DNA from: Shigella phage phi25-307
Direction: 5' to 3' (one strand)
Length of the DNA stretch: 64,000 nucleotides
Sequence record: MG589383
Shown: positions 17,961 to 27,018 of the stretch, piece after piece
How positions within the stretch are numbered: position 1 is the first letter of the stretch
How the letters are laid out: each line of letters starts with the position of its first letter
The notes under the pieces: model-generated
What the model saw: the letters and a program-made list of their open reading frames with translations, nothing else
Databases searched by the model: none
Told to the model about the DNA's origin: nothing
Made by a program: the position numbers and the translations under genes

Positions 17961-20216
17961 TTAAAGCTTACAAGCAGAACAATCTTCAGCTTTAGGTGTT
18001 TCTAATTCGTAGTCATCTGTACCTGACCCATCACGAGTGTTATGATAGTAGAGGTTTTTTCCGCCAAAGTACCAGAAGTAAAGTAGATCGTCAAGCATTA
18101 CTGACATTGGTACTTTACCTTTCTCAAATACTGCAGGGTCATAGTAAGTATTAGCAGAAGCAGATTGGCACACCCATTTCAACATGATAGCAACTTGGGT
18201 CAAATAAGGTTTATTACCTTTCTTAGCAAGTTTCCACGCGTAGTCGTAAAGACTCATGTTATGTTCTATATTAGGAACAACCTGACGGAAGTTGCCTTCT
18301 TTAGATTCTTTAATACTTACTGGACCGCGTGGGGGCTCAATCCCGTTTGTAGAGTTTGATACTTGACTGCTTGACTCACAAGGCATGAGTGCAGACAACG
18401 TTGAGTTACGAATTCCATGTTCTTTGAGTTCAGCTCGAAGTTCTTCCCAGTCACAGACGTAGTTCGGGGCTGCGATTTGGTCAATCTTTTTATTGTACCA
18501 GTCGATAGGTAATTCGCCTCTAGACCATTTAGTGTCTGAATAATACTCGCAACATCCTTTTTCTTTGGCGAGTTTGATTGAAGCTTTGATAAGGCCATAT
18601 TGCAATCTCTCAAACAATTCATGAGTCAAATCGTTAGCGTCTTCATATGAAGCAAAGTTGGAAGCTAACCATGCGGCATAGTTCGTAACACCAACACCGA
18701 GGTTTCGACGCTTTTTAGCTTTTAAAGCTTCTGGAACCGGATAATCTTGATAGTCTAACAGGTTATCAAGTGCACGTACTTGTACTTCAGCAAGTTCATT
18801 AATTTTATCTTGGTCTTGCCAATCAAATTTATCTAATACAAAAGCAGATAATGTGCATAAACCAATTTCAGCATCAGGACCATTCACATCATTAGTTGGA
18901 ATAGCGATTTCACAACATAAGTTACTCTGACGAATTGGAGCTTTTTCACGAATAAATGGAGTGTAGTTATTCGTGTTATCAACAAACTGTGGATAAATTC
19001 GAGCAGTGCCAGAACGTTCAGTCATGAACAATTCAAAGAGTTCTAGTGCTTTTATTCTTTTCTTTCTGATTGTTGGGTCTTTTTCAGCTTTCTCATAAAG
19101 CTCACGGAATTTATCTTGATCTTCAAAGAACGAGTAGTATAGTTCGCCTGACATTTCGTGAGGGCTAAATAAAGTAATATAATCATTTTTACCAAGGCGT
19201 TCCATCATAAGGTCATTAATCTGAATTCCGTAGTCCATATGACGAATACGGTTTTCATCCACGCCTTTGTTATTTTTCAGAACTAATAGGTTCTCTACTT
19301 CTAAGTGCCACATCGGATAATACGCTGTAGCAGCACCACCACGAATACCACCTTGAGAACAAGATTTTACTGCAGTTTGGAAATGTTTCCAGAATGGAAT
19401 AACACCTGTATGTCGAACTTCACCCATACCGATCTTAGAACCTTCTGCACGAAGCATACCAACGTTGATACCGATACCAGCTCGTTTAGAAATATATTCA
19501 ATAATTGATGCTGAAGTTTTGTTAATAGATTTTAACGAATCACCGGCTTCAATAACTACACAACTAGAGAACTGGCGAGTTGGAGTACGAGCACCTGCCA
19601 TAATTGGAGTAGGCAATGAAACTTGATGAGTAGAAACGGCATCATAAAAACGAATAATATGTTTCAAACGGTCGTGAGTTTCGTCTTGATGTAAGGCCAT
19701 ACCAATAGCCATGATAGCAAACTGTGGAGTTTCATAAATCTTCCCAGTTGTTTTATCTTTAACTAGATATTTTTCTTTAAGCTGCATAGCACCAGCATAA
19801 GTCAGGTCAAAGTCTCGTTCATGTTTAATCTGTGAATCGAGATAAATGATTTCTTCTGCTGAATATTGAGACAACAACTCAGGGTCATATTTGCCTTCAT
19901 TAACACAGTAAGAAATATGGTCGATAAAAGCAGGTGGTTCAAACTGTCCGTATACATCTTTACGAAGTGCAAACATTAGCCCTTTGGCGGCGACATACTG
20001 ATAATCAGGTTCTTCGACAGAAATCAAGTTAGCTGCAACTTTAATACAAATCTTCTGAATATCTTTGGTGCTCATCCCATCGACAAGATGGGTCTTAATT
20101 TCTTCGTACAATTCATATGGATCAATTTGTGTTCCTTCACATTGCCAAGTTAAGACTTGAATAATTTTCTGTGCATCAAAATTTTGGGATACACCACTGC
20201 TCTTAGTTACTTGCAT
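17961..20216 (-). CDS. nrdA: Ribonucleotide reductase large (alpha) subunit, 751 aa
   Basis: Class Ia RNR alpha features (ATP-cone-like N-terminus, CEIAIPT and conserved Cys-containing segments); size close to T4 NrdA (about 754 aa). Confidence 0.9.
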   Translation of the reverse strand: MQVTKSSGVSQNFDAQKIIQVLTWQCEGTQIDPYELYEEIKTHLVDGMSTKDIQKICIKVAANLISVEEPDYQYVAAKGLMFALRKDVYGQFEPPAFIDHISYCVNEGKYDPELLSQYSAEEIIYLDSQIKHERDFDLTYAGAMQLKEKYLVKDKTTGKIYETPQFAIMAIGMALHQDETHDRLKHIIRFYDAVSTHQVSLPTPIMAGARTPTRQFSSCVVIEAGDSLKSINKTSASIIEYISKRAGIGINVGMLRAEGSKIGMGEVRHTGVIPFWKHFQTAVKSCSQGGIRGGAATAYYPMWHLEVENLLVLKNNKGVDENRIRHMDYGIQINDLMMERLGKNDYITLFSPHEMSGELYYSFFEDQDKFRELYEKAEKDPTIRKKRIKALELFELFMTERSGTARIYPQFVDNTNNYTPFIREKAPIRQSNLCCEIAIPTNDVNGPDAEIGLCTLSAFVLDKFDWQDQDKINELAEVQVRALDNLLDYQDYPVPEALKAKKRRNLGVGVTNYAAWLASNFASYEDANDLTHELFERLQYGLIKASIKLAKEKGCCEYYSDTKWSRGELPIDWYNKKIDQIAAPNYVCDWEELRAELKEHGIRNSTLSALMPCESSSQVSNSTNGIEPPRGPVSIKESKEGNFRQVVPNIEHNMSLYDYAWKLAKKGNKPYLTQVAIMLKWVCQSASANTYYDPAVFEKGKVPMSVMLDDLLYFWYFGGKNLYYHNTRDGSGTDDYELETPKAEDCSACKL

Positions 20217-20279
20217 ATATTCCTCAGTATAGGTTGATAGACATTACTCCAAACGGGATAGTATTTATCCCGTTAATTT

Positions 20280-20304
20280 ATTATACAACTTTTAAACTGA
20301 AGCG
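20280..20304 (-). promoter_or_regulatory. Candidate middle promoter for nrdA (MotA-box-like CGCTTCA, 12 nt, TATAAT), followed by a 9-bp-stem leader hairpin
   Basis: Minus strand ACGCTTCAGTTTAAAAGTTGTATAAT, then AACGGGATA...TATCCCGTT at 20251-20273. Confidence 0.35.
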
Positions 20305-20559
20305 TTAATTATCCTCAGCAATAATTTCTTCGTATTCTTTAGGTGTCAAGACTGTGATATCGAAATAAACCAACGGTTCTTTTTCTATACCGTAACCACC
20401 ACAAAATTCACGATATTCATAAATTCGTTCATGTGAATAGCAAATGAATCGTTCACCTTTAATTGTGATTTCACTATTCGGTGAAGGGATATCCAGTTCG
20501 GTAGGATTTTTCATTTCAAAAATTGTGGTGCCATATGAATTAATAAAACGTAAAATCAT
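20305..20559 (-). CDS. Hypothetical protein, 84 aa
   Basis: ORF between td and nrdA. Confidence 0.5.
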   Translation of the reverse strand: MILRFINSYGTTIFEMKNPTELDIPSPNSEITIKGERFICYSHERIYEYREFCGGYGIEKEPLVYFDITVLTPKEYEEIIAEDN

Positions 20560-20560
20560 T

Positions 20561-21421
20561 TTATACCGCCATTTTAGCTTTGATAGCTGGATGTGATTCG
20601 TAATTTTTAAGAACGAAATCAGAATGTGTCATTGTTCCGGTAACCCAGTCCATTTGGATTTTTGTAGGCCAATTCTCAAAATTACTAGGCCAATTAATTT
20701 CAAGAGAACATAACTCTTTAGGTTCACGACGAAGAACTTCTTTGCATTGTTCTACATGATTGCTGTAGATATGCGTGTTGCCGCCTGAGAACACTAAATC
20801 ACCTGGGGTAAGGTTACACATCTTCGCTACAATATGCGTCAAGGCAGCGTACGAGGCAATGTTGAACGGCAGGCCTAAGAAAACATCTACACTGCGTTGA
20901 TACCATTGTAAATCAAGATGACCATTACGCACATTGAACTGATAGAACATATGGCAAGGAGGAAGAGCCATTTGATTTATTTCAGCTGGATTCCAGGCAG
21001 AAACAATTTGACGACGATCAGTTGGTAATTTTTTAATACGGTCGATTGTTTCAACTAATTGGTCTACACCACCAAAATCACGCCATTGCTTACCATAAAT
21101 AGGACCAAGTTCGCCACTATGATATCCAAGGTCTTTTGCCTGATTTTCATAGTTATCGTCCCAAATAGTTTTACCTTGAATAAGACTACCATGAGTACGA
21201 ATACGCAAATCATTAACATTGGTAGAACCAGACATGAACCATAATAGCTCGGCAATACAAGCTTTCCATGCTAATTTCTTAGTTGTTACCGCAGGGAATC
21301 CTTTAGTCAGATCCCAACGTAATTTAGTTCCGAACAGGGCAATAGTGCCGGTACCTGTACGGTCGTCTGTTTCGTAGCCATTTTCTAAGATATCTTTAAT
21401 TAGGTATTGGTATTGTTTCAT
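20561..21421 (-). CDS. td: Thymidylate synthase, 286 aa, uninterrupted
   Basis: Same length as T4 Td; active-site region ALPPCHMFYQF and LGLPFNIASYA; continuous ORF (no intron). Confidence 0.95.
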   Translation of the reverse strand: MKQYQYLIKDILENGYETDDRTGTGTIALFGTKLRWDLTKGFPAVTTKKLAWKACIAELLWFMSGSTNVNDLRIRTHGSLIQGKTIWDDNYENQAKDLGYHSGELGPIYGKQWRDFGGVDQLVETIDRIKKLPTDRRQIVSAWNPAEINQMALPPCHMFYQFNVRNGHLDLQWYQRSVDVFLGLPFNIASYAALTHIVAKMCNLTPGDLVFSGGNTHIYSNHVEQCKEVLRREPKELCSLEINWPSNFENWPTKIQMDWVTGTMTHSDFVLKNYESHPAIKAKMAV

Positions 21422-22005
21422 TTATAAACGCTCTCAGTAATTTCGGTGAGTTCATCGATTCTGTAGTAATGAGATTCTACCATAGAACGTTGAAGCATAA
21501 TATCTTGGACGAAATCTTTATCAAGTTGAACATCGGAATTAACACGACATTTCTTAATGATTTTAGTCATCACGATTTCATCGGCATAAGGCAGTGCTTG
21601 TTTTAATAAAGCAGGACCACCAATAACCGAGACATTAACATGTTCAGTAGAAAGTTTAAACGGTACGTCAGTTGCAGGGCTAAACAGGTTAATTTCACCA
21701 CCTGTTACCAAGGTAATAAATTCAGATTGGGTGATATAGAACCGTGCAAGTTCGTTGGTTTTAGTCCTAGGCAGTTTTCTGGCCATATCAGTGACAACCA
21801 CATGAGTGCGATCTGGTAGTAGACGAGGTAATGATGCAAAAGTCTTAGCACCCATAACCATTACAGTGTTTTTAGTGCGAGCAACAAAGTTACTCATATC
21901 TTGTTTGATATGCTTCCATGGAAGTCCATCACCTAATCCAAAAGCATATTCCAGTTTATCATCAACCGTTTTAGACGGTGCGCATGCGAATACTAATTTA
22001 AGCAT
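21418..22005 (-). CDS. frd: Dihydrofolate reductase, 195 aa
   Basis: Start trimmed to ATG 22005 (MLKLVFACAPS...); DHFR-like GLGDGLPW near the N-terminus; 4-nt overlap with the td start. Confidence 0.8.
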   Translation of the reverse strand: MLKLVFACAPSKTVDDKLEYAFGLGDGLPWKHIKQDMSNFVARTKNTVMVMGAKTFASLPRLLPDRTHVVVTDMARKLPRTKTNELARFYITQSEFITLVTGGEINLFSPATDVPFKLSTEHVNVSVIGGPALLKQALPYADEIVMTKIIKKCRVNSDVQLDKDFVQDIMLQRSMVESHYYRIDELTEITESVYK

Positions 22006-22246
22006 TTTTAAGTCCTTTAATAACTTTTTGGATTTGTGATTTAGAAGAAACCAAATCAGTCTGGATTTGACAGCCGTCGGTCGGGTCAAATGTTGTAACA
22101 CAAACACGAGGTTTTGTTGTGTATCGACCAGACAAATCAAATGCGTCACCAATGAATTCGGCTAAATCCGGATGGTCCAAATTAACTGAAGTATAAACTT
22201 CATATCCGACATCAGCGCCTTGAGAGTATTCAACAACAACATTCAT
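21998..22246 (-). CDS. Hypothetical protein, 82 aa
   Basis: ORF overlapping the frd start by 8 nt. Confidence 0.5.
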   Translation of the reverse strand: MNVVVEYSQGADVGYEVYTSVNLDHPDLAEFIGDAFDLSGRYTTKPRVCVTTFDPTDGCQIQTDLVSSKSQIQKVIKGLKNA

Positions 22247-22248
22247 AA

Positions 22249-22497
22249 TTATTTCCTCAGATTTTTCTTAACAACTTTCCAATCGGCTTTAAACGATTCA
22301 ACATCAGAGTGGTGAATCCAGAATCCTGCACTTTCACCATCTTCGTAGAGTGGACATCCATCACATTCTTCGTTCCAACCCATTTCACGTAAAGCTTCTT
22401 CGGCTTGTTCAAGGAGTTCAGCGTCTTTACCAACTATGGTAAAGTACCATTTACCTCTAACTTCTGAATCTTTGATGCTCTGGCGTTGCAATCTCAT
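22249..22497 (-). CDS. Hypothetical protein, 82 aa
   Basis: Start trimmed to ATG 22497 preceded by AAGGAG; the track start at 22512 is a GTG inside the SD. Confidence 0.5.
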   Translation of the reverse strand: MRLQRQSIKDSEVRGKWYFTIVGKDAELLEQAEEALREMGWNEECDGCPLYEDGESAGFWIHHSDVESFKADWKVVKKNLRK

Positions 22498-22520
22498 TTT
22501 ATTCTCCTTCACTTTTATTT

Positions 22521-22559
22521 GATAGGACTACTATAACATAGCCCTATCTTGTTATAAAC
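22521..22559 (-). promoter_or_regulatory. PeSL-like early promoter cassette (family B)
   Basis: Minus strand GTTTATAACAAGATAGGGCTATGTTATAGTAGTCCTATC; shares ATAGTAGTCCTA(T/C) with cassettes at 42443, 42964 and 62711. Confidence 0.55.
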
Positions 22560-22951
22560 TACTTTTTAAAAGTTTTTTGCAAAAGTTTGATGATTTCGTC
22601 GACGTTGGTTTCATCTACGATACAATGTATTTTTGTTACACCTAAAGCTATACCTTTGTTGGTAGATTGAGGCTTTACTAAATCTACCTCAGTAAAGTAT
22701 TTGAACTCGTCAGGATAAATCTCAAAATAAGTTTCAATTTCACCAGCGGCAGAACATACAGTACCGTCTTCCATAGTTACACTTACTACGTTTGGCGTAT
22801 CGTCATCATAATCAGGTTCCATTCCGTTTACAACAAAACTAGGCCCGTGGAGTTCAATCAATTTTAACATCTTAGCGTTATTGTGTGGCGCTTCTTGAAC
22901 AAAGTCGTCTTTAAACAAAGGGTTAATGATATAAGATTTTCCGATTTCCAT
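22559..22951 (-). CDS. Hypothetical protein, 130 aa
   Basis: ORF downstream of the promoter at 22981-23009. Confidence 0.55.
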   Translation of the reverse strand: MEIGKSYIINPLFKDDFVQEAPHNNAKMLKLIELHGPSFVVNGMEPDYDDDTPNVVSVTMEDGTVCSAAGEIETYFEIYPDEFKYFTEVDLVKPQSTNKGIALGVTKIHCIVDETNVDEIIKLLQKTFKK

Positions 22952-22980
22952 TTTGATTTCCTCATGTTGTTGATAGAACT

Positions 22981-23009
22981 ATAATATCACATCTAGGGAA
23001 GAAGTAAAC
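22981..23009 (-). promoter_or_regulatory. PeSL-like early promoter cassette (family A)
   Basis: Minus strand GTTTACTTCTTCCCTAGATGTGATATTATAGTTCTATC; near-identical to the cassette at 52392-52420. Confidence 0.55.
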
Positions 23010-23032
23010 AACTTTTTTGGCAATTTACAGAT

Positions 23033-23058
23033 ACTCAAAAGGGAGACCGAAGTCTCCC
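23033..23058 (-). terminator. Intrinsic terminator after gene 32
   Basis: GGGAGAC-UUCG-GUCUCCC hairpin followed by UUUUG on the minus strand. Confidence 0.7.
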
Positions 23059-23064
23059 GATTTA

Positions 23065-23964
23065 TTATAGACCAGCTAACAGGTCATCGAGGTCGCCATC
23101 GTCAGAAGACGAGGAACTCATGAAGTCATCTTCAGTTTTTGCAGAACTAAAGGCTTCCATGTCTTTATCAAAATCGTCGAGGTCAGAAGCAACTTTATCT
23201 GCAACAGAAGCTGCGGCAGCTGCTGCACCACCAAGAGCGGCAGTACCAAGAACTTGAGTAAATTTAGTATTCAATTCTTCAAACGATTTGAACTTATCTT
23301 TAGAAGTCATTTCAGAAAGGTCAACCATTTGTTCGAACAATTCTTTCTGGAAAGATTCATCATCAATGTTTGGAATCGCAGATTGATTCAGGAATTTAGA
23401 TTCGTCATAGTTACTGAAACCAGAAACCTGTTTAACTTTCAGCACAAAGTTAGCACCTTCCCATGGGCAAGTTACATCAACAGGAGTTTCACCCATTTCA
23501 GTATCGACTGCAATCATTGCATTGATTTTGTCCCAAATCTTTTTACCAAAACGGTATTTGAATACTTTACCTTCATTATCTGGAGCTTGTGGGTCTTTAA
23601 CAACCAGGATATTAGCCCAATAAGAAGTTTTACGTTTCAGTTGAGAATATTCTGTTTTGTTTGTATTGTACAGATCATTTTTACTAATGTACTGACATAC
23701 TGGACAAGAGTCATAATCGCCGTGTGTAGATGAACAGGTTTCAATATACCATTTGCCGTTTTTCTTGAACCCGTGGTTAACAAGAATTGCAAACGGAAGT
23801 GCGTCATCTGTTTTTGCCGGCAGGAAACGAATTACCGCTTGACCATTACCGGATGCATCGAGTTTCAGCTTCCATTCACCTTTATCTTCTGAAGAGAAAC
23901 CTTTGTTACCATTCAGTTTAGCCATCTGAGCTGCGAGGTCTGCGGTACTTTTACGTTTAAACAT
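23065..23964 (-). CDS. 32: Single-stranded DNA-binding protein gp32, 299 aa
   Basis: Close match to remembered T4 gp32 ([36 protein letters not shown]...), acidic C-terminal tail, size about 301 aa. Confidence 0.95.
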   Translation of the reverse strand: MFKRKSTADLAAQMAKLNGNKGFSSEDKGEWKLKLDASGNGQAVIRFLPAKTDDALPFAILVNHGFKKNGKWYIETCSSTHGDYDSCPVCQYISKNDLYNTNKTEYSQLKRKTSYWANILVVKDPQAPDNEGKVFKYRFGKKIWDKINAMIAVDTEMGETPVDVTCPWEGANFVLKVKQVSGFSNYDESKFLNQSAIPNIDDESFQKELFEQMVDLSEMTSKDKFKSFEELNTKFTQVLGTAALGGAAAAAASVADKVASDLDDFDKDMEAFSSAKTEDDFMSSSSSDDGDLDDLLAGL

Positions 23965-24035
23965 TTTATTTGCCTTTATTTAGATTAATTAAATTTTACA
24001 GTTGGTTGCTACGACACTTATACCTCGTAGCTGGT
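23965..24035 (-). promoter_or_regulatory. Gene 32 leader: AU-rich unstructured tract plus upstream hairpin (candidate autoregulatory translational operator)
   Basis: Minus strand GCTACGAGGTATAAGTGTCGTAGC hairpin (24008-24031), then AACCAACTGTAAAATTTAATTAATCTAAATAAAGG before the ATG. Confidence 0.5.
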
Positions 24036-24041
24036 ATGATT

Positions 24042-24049
24042 TATTTATA
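24042..24049 (-). promoter_or_regulatory. Candidate late promoter TATAAATA upstream of gene 32
   Basis: Minus strand TTTATAAATAAATC. Confidence 0.4.
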
Positions 24050-24078
24050 AAGTAATTTTAACACACAAGAAATAAAGC

Positions 24079-24732
24079 TTAATACTTACATGATTTGATT
24101 GTTTCTATGAACAATTTCTTAGCAGCATTTCCATCGATTTGAAGTATTTTTCGATATGCCTTTAATTTGGTAGAATAATTTTGCCAGACTAAATTGTCAG
24201 TAAGTTCGTCGTGCTTATCTATAATATTCAAAAATGAGTCCAACAATAAGAAAGTCTCAAATGAGATTATATTGCTTTGTAGCAATTTGAATATGTAGCT
24301 CGACTGAACGTTGTTATTATAATCAAATATCTCTTGAAGCGCACTAACTTCAACTTTCTTACTGAAATAGTAGATGTTACGTACGTCTTCAGCAAACGTC
24401 TCCTTGGCTTGTTTGAGACGTCCAATATATTCCCTATAGAAAACTAATGCATCAGCGTCTGATATCTCACCAATCCATGCGTCTTGGTTAGCAACTAAGT
24501 TGCTTATGAATATCAAGGTGAGTTCCTTCAATTTATATTTCTCTGCTAGTTTTTCAAAGAAATATTTATCTCGGCGTTTTTGATACGCATTATCCGAAAC
24601 ACGCATGCACCAGTTATATTTGATTACGTCATACCGACCACCAAAGTGGTTTTTGCACATCAAGTATAGTTTATATACTGATTTACCGTTAATATAACGT
24701 TCTCCGTCAGGAGGCATGCGTATTTTAATCAT
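24079..24732 (-). CDS. 59: Helicase loader gp59, 217 aa
   Basis: Same length as T4 gp59 and a close match to its remembered sequence (GERYI.GKSVYKLYLM...DVIKYNWCMRVSD.AYQKRRDKYFF). Confidence 0.9.
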   Translation of the reverse strand: MIKIRMPPDGERYINGKSVYKLYLMCKNHFGGRYDVIKYNWCMRVSDNAYQKRRDKYFFEKLAEKYKLKELTLIFISNLVANQDAWIGEISDADALVFYREYIGRLKQAKETFAEDVRNIYYFSKKVEVSALQEIFDYNNNVQSSYIFKLLQSNIISFETFLLLDSFLNIIDKHDELTDNLVWQNYSTKLKAYRKILQIDGNAAKKLFIETIKSCKY

Positions 24733-25408
24733 AGTTCCATCCAGGCCATTTTGAAGATTTAAGTCTATACGTAACTAGAGATGCAGAAATATTAAAAACA
24801 TCCGAAACTTCTGTGCATGACGAGTATTTTATACCATCAATAATTATAGGTTTTTGTTTTTTAATAGTTCTTTCTTTAGAATGCGGCTTTGAATTTGCTA
24901 TTCTAAGAGCTTCTTTGGTTGAATCAGGCATCGGCTTATTCGTTTTTCGCCCTTTTCGGACTTTACTCAAAGCTAATTTATGAGCTTCAGATAGTTTCTT
25001 ACCCTTATTAGGGGATGGTATTTTTCTTTCTAATCTGGTTTTAGATACTTTAGCCTTAGTCTCTTCAGATCTAGGTTTACCTAATTTAGAAAGTGAAATA
25101 GCCCTTTTAGCTTCATCACTTTGTTTTTTACCAGGGCCACCTTTACCACCGGGAACTAAGTTATAAGTATCAGTTCGCAAAACAAAATCTTCATTAACCA
25201 ATTCTGCTTCTTTTTTATAGGCGTCCTTGTCATTATCATATTCATAAAGAATTTCGGTATAAAAATTTTTTAGTCCATATTTAGCTTTGGCCGCTAATAT
25301 AGCGCGGCCTGATCCAATATACCAATCTTTCTCTTTATGTTTTTTGTGTACGCCTATATAAATTTTACCATTTATTTTATTGGTAGTTTTATACACAACG
25401 TATTTCAT
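24725..25408 (-). CDS. GIY-YIG homing endonuclease (Seg-like), 227 aa
   Basis: N-terminal GIY-YIG module VVYKTTNKINGKIYIGV..., basic C-terminal half with repeated K/R-rich DNA-binding-like segments; free-standing between gene 59 and gene 33. Confidence 0.8.
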   Translation of the reverse strand: MKYVVYKTTNKINGKIYIGVHKKHKEKDWYIGSGRAILAAKAKYGLKNFYTEILYEYDNDKDAYKKEAELVNEDFVLRTDTYNLVPGGKGGPGKKQSDEAKRAISLSKLGKPRSEETKAKVSKTRLERKIPSPNKGKKLSEAHKLALSKVRKGRKTNKPMPDSTKEALRIANSKPHSKERTIKKQKPIIIDGIKYSSCTEVSDVFNISASLVTYRLKSSKWPGWNYD

Positions 25409-25743
25409 AATAAGAAATCTAACGTATTAGTTTTTTCACCACGAGCAACTGATGGGCGAAGCATGTTTTCGTCAATTGCTTCGCTTGTAATTTTTTCAAC
25501 AATTCCTGTAGGAATAAATTTAGCAAATTGTGTTTCTGGAATAGAATTTTCTTCCAAGAAAGCAGTTGTTGCTTCTAAATAAGACATACCAAATCGTTCA
25601 ACCATGGATTCGATAATGAATCCGTTTTCTTGTCGGTCAAGTAATTTAGCGATATCATCTTTATCGTGTTTTACTGCTAATTCTTGTTCAGATAAACCGG
25701 CCTCATCAACCGGTTTAATATCACTTAGTGAAAACTGTGTCAT
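25405..25743 (-). CDS. 33: Late transcription accessory protein gp33, 112 aa
   Basis: Same length as T4 gp33 and close match to remembered sequence (FSL.DIKPVDE.GLSE.EL...LLDRQENGFIIE.MVE.FGMSYLEATTAFLEENSIPETQFAKFIP). Confidence 0.9.
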   Translation of the reverse strand: MTQFSLSDIKPVDEAGLSEQELAVKHDKDDIAKLLDRQENGFIIESMVERFGMSYLEATTAFLEENSIPETQFAKFIPTGIVEKITSEAIDENMLRPSVARGEKTNTLDFLL

Positions 25744-25990
25744 AAAGCTCGACTACCTCTTCGTTTTCAGCTTCAAATTGATCACGAGCGTCTTTATGAT
25801 AAAGAGCTAACAAACGATTAAACATTTTTCCATCGACGCCAAGCTCTTCTTTAGCACGAGTACGAATGTCTTTAATCAGTTCATTATAACCAGAAATTTT
25901 AAGTTTGTTATCGGAAGCTTCTTTGACTAGTTTAGCCAGTTCTTCACCATGCACATCTTGATTAAATTCAACTGCTTCTTTCTTAGCCAT
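25721..25990 (-). CDS. dsbA: Double-stranded DNA-binding protein DsbA, 89 aa
   Basis: Start trimmed to ATG 25990 (preceded by GAGG), giving the T4 DsbA length of 89 aa; position between 33 and rnh. Confidence 0.75.
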   Translation of the reverse strand: MAKKEAVEFNQDVHGEELAKLVKEASDNKLKISGYNELIKDIRTRAKEELGVDGKMFNRLLALYHKDARDQFEAENEEVVELYDTVFTK

Positions 25991-25997
25991 GTTTACC

Positions 25998-26915
25998 TCA
26001 GAATTCATTAATTACACTTGTTAATTTAGAAAGACCAGATTTTACAAAGTATGAATAAATCTTGCCTTTAGGTTGTGGTTTATATGAGTTATAATACTCT
26101 ATAATGGTTGAAGCAATATTATCAGGGATATAATCAAAATCAATGAGAACCAAATTTTCTTGATACCGTTTATATTCTTCTGCACTTAATAATACTTCGG
26201 CTTGAGAACGGTCATTGGCAATTGCTTCAATAATCGTTGTTTTCATGCTCGGAGTTCGTTCACCATCAACTCGAGTAAACCAGAAGTCACCACGAACTCG
26301 AACAGATGCAACGCCATCTTTACGGTCACCTTTAAGAATTTTAGTCATGCAATCAATTTCAGCAGAACCGTTCTTAATTTTAACCCATTTTTTCTGTGGT
26401 GGCGACCACTGTTTAACGTTAGGATATTTGTGTAATTGTGTAAAGTCACCATCTGATGCAACAATACATACCTTATGACCAGCTAATGACAAATATTTAG
26501 TTAATACACCGATATGGTCATCCGCTTCATACTTGTCAATATCCATTACAACGTATGGCATGTATTTCTTAATCTCATCAACAACTTGATGGAGTGCAGT
26601 AAAATATCCTTCCCAATCCCACTTTGAAGCTTCACGATCGGTTTTACGATTTTTCTTGTAATAGTAAGCAAAGTCACGACGCCAATAACCTGAAGTAGCA
26701 TTATCCATACACAATACAAATTTTGTATAGCCTTGCTTACGGAACATCACCACGTTTTTACGAATTGAATTCAAGATTACATGGCGAACCATCGGAACAG
26801 TAATTTTATCGCCGTCTTCAAAGTTGTTTAATGCGGCTGCCAATGCAATGTTACTAAAGTCGGCAAGTGCAATACCTTCTTTGTAATCTTCATCCAACAT
26901 CATTTCTAAATCCAT
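25998..26915 (-). CDS. rnh: RNase H (5'-3' exonuclease, FEN-1 family), 305 aa
   Basis: Same length as T4 RNase H and a close match to its remembered sequence (YKEGI...VRH.ILNSI..., DIDKYEADDHI.VL, SSDGDFTQLHKYPNVKQWSP). Confidence 0.92.
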   Translation of the reverse strand: MDLEMMLDEDYKEGIALADFSNIALAAALNNFEDGDKITVPMVRHVILNSIRKNVVMFRKQGYTKFVLCMDNATSGYWRRDFAYYYKKNRKTDREASKWDWEGYFTALHQVVDEIKKYMPYVVMDIDKYEADDHIGVLTKYLSLAGHKVCIVASDGDFTQLHKYPNVKQWSPPQKKWVKIKNGSAEIDCMTKILKGDRKDGVASVRVRGDFWFTRVDGERTPSMKTTIIEAIANDRSQAEVLLSAEEYKRYQENLVLIDFDYIPDNIASTIIEYYNSYKPQPKGKIYSYFVKSGLSKLTSVINEF

Positions 26916-26947
26916 ATGAACCTCTTGTTCAGTTAGTCAACTTGACT

Positions 26948-26977
26948 ATAGTAACATACTCATTTGAAAGCGTAAAC
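26948..26977 (-). promoter_or_regulatory. Early promoter for rnh (GTTTAC, 18 nt, TACTAT)
   Basis: Minus strand GTTTACGCTTTCAAATGAGTATGTTACTATAG. Confidence 0.45.
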
Positions 26978-26980
26978 TGG

Positions 26981-26988
26981 TATAAATA
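26981..26988 (+). promoter_or_regulatory. Late promoter TATAAATA for gene 34
   Basis: Exact TATAAATA 31 nt upstream of the gene 34 ATG, in the divergent rnh/34 intergenic region. Confidence 0.6.
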
Positions 26989-27018
26989 AGTATTATTGAA
27001 ACAATAAAGGAAAAACGA

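Noticed and set aside
21418-22152. Long N-terminal extensions of ORF-track calls (frd as 244 aa; also alc, dsbA, gene 56, and 310..675)
   Set aside because: The extended starts lack an SD, overlap upstream genes or promoter elements, and internal ATGs with good SDs give the protein lengths known from T4; at least one track start (22512) is a GTG inside an SD.
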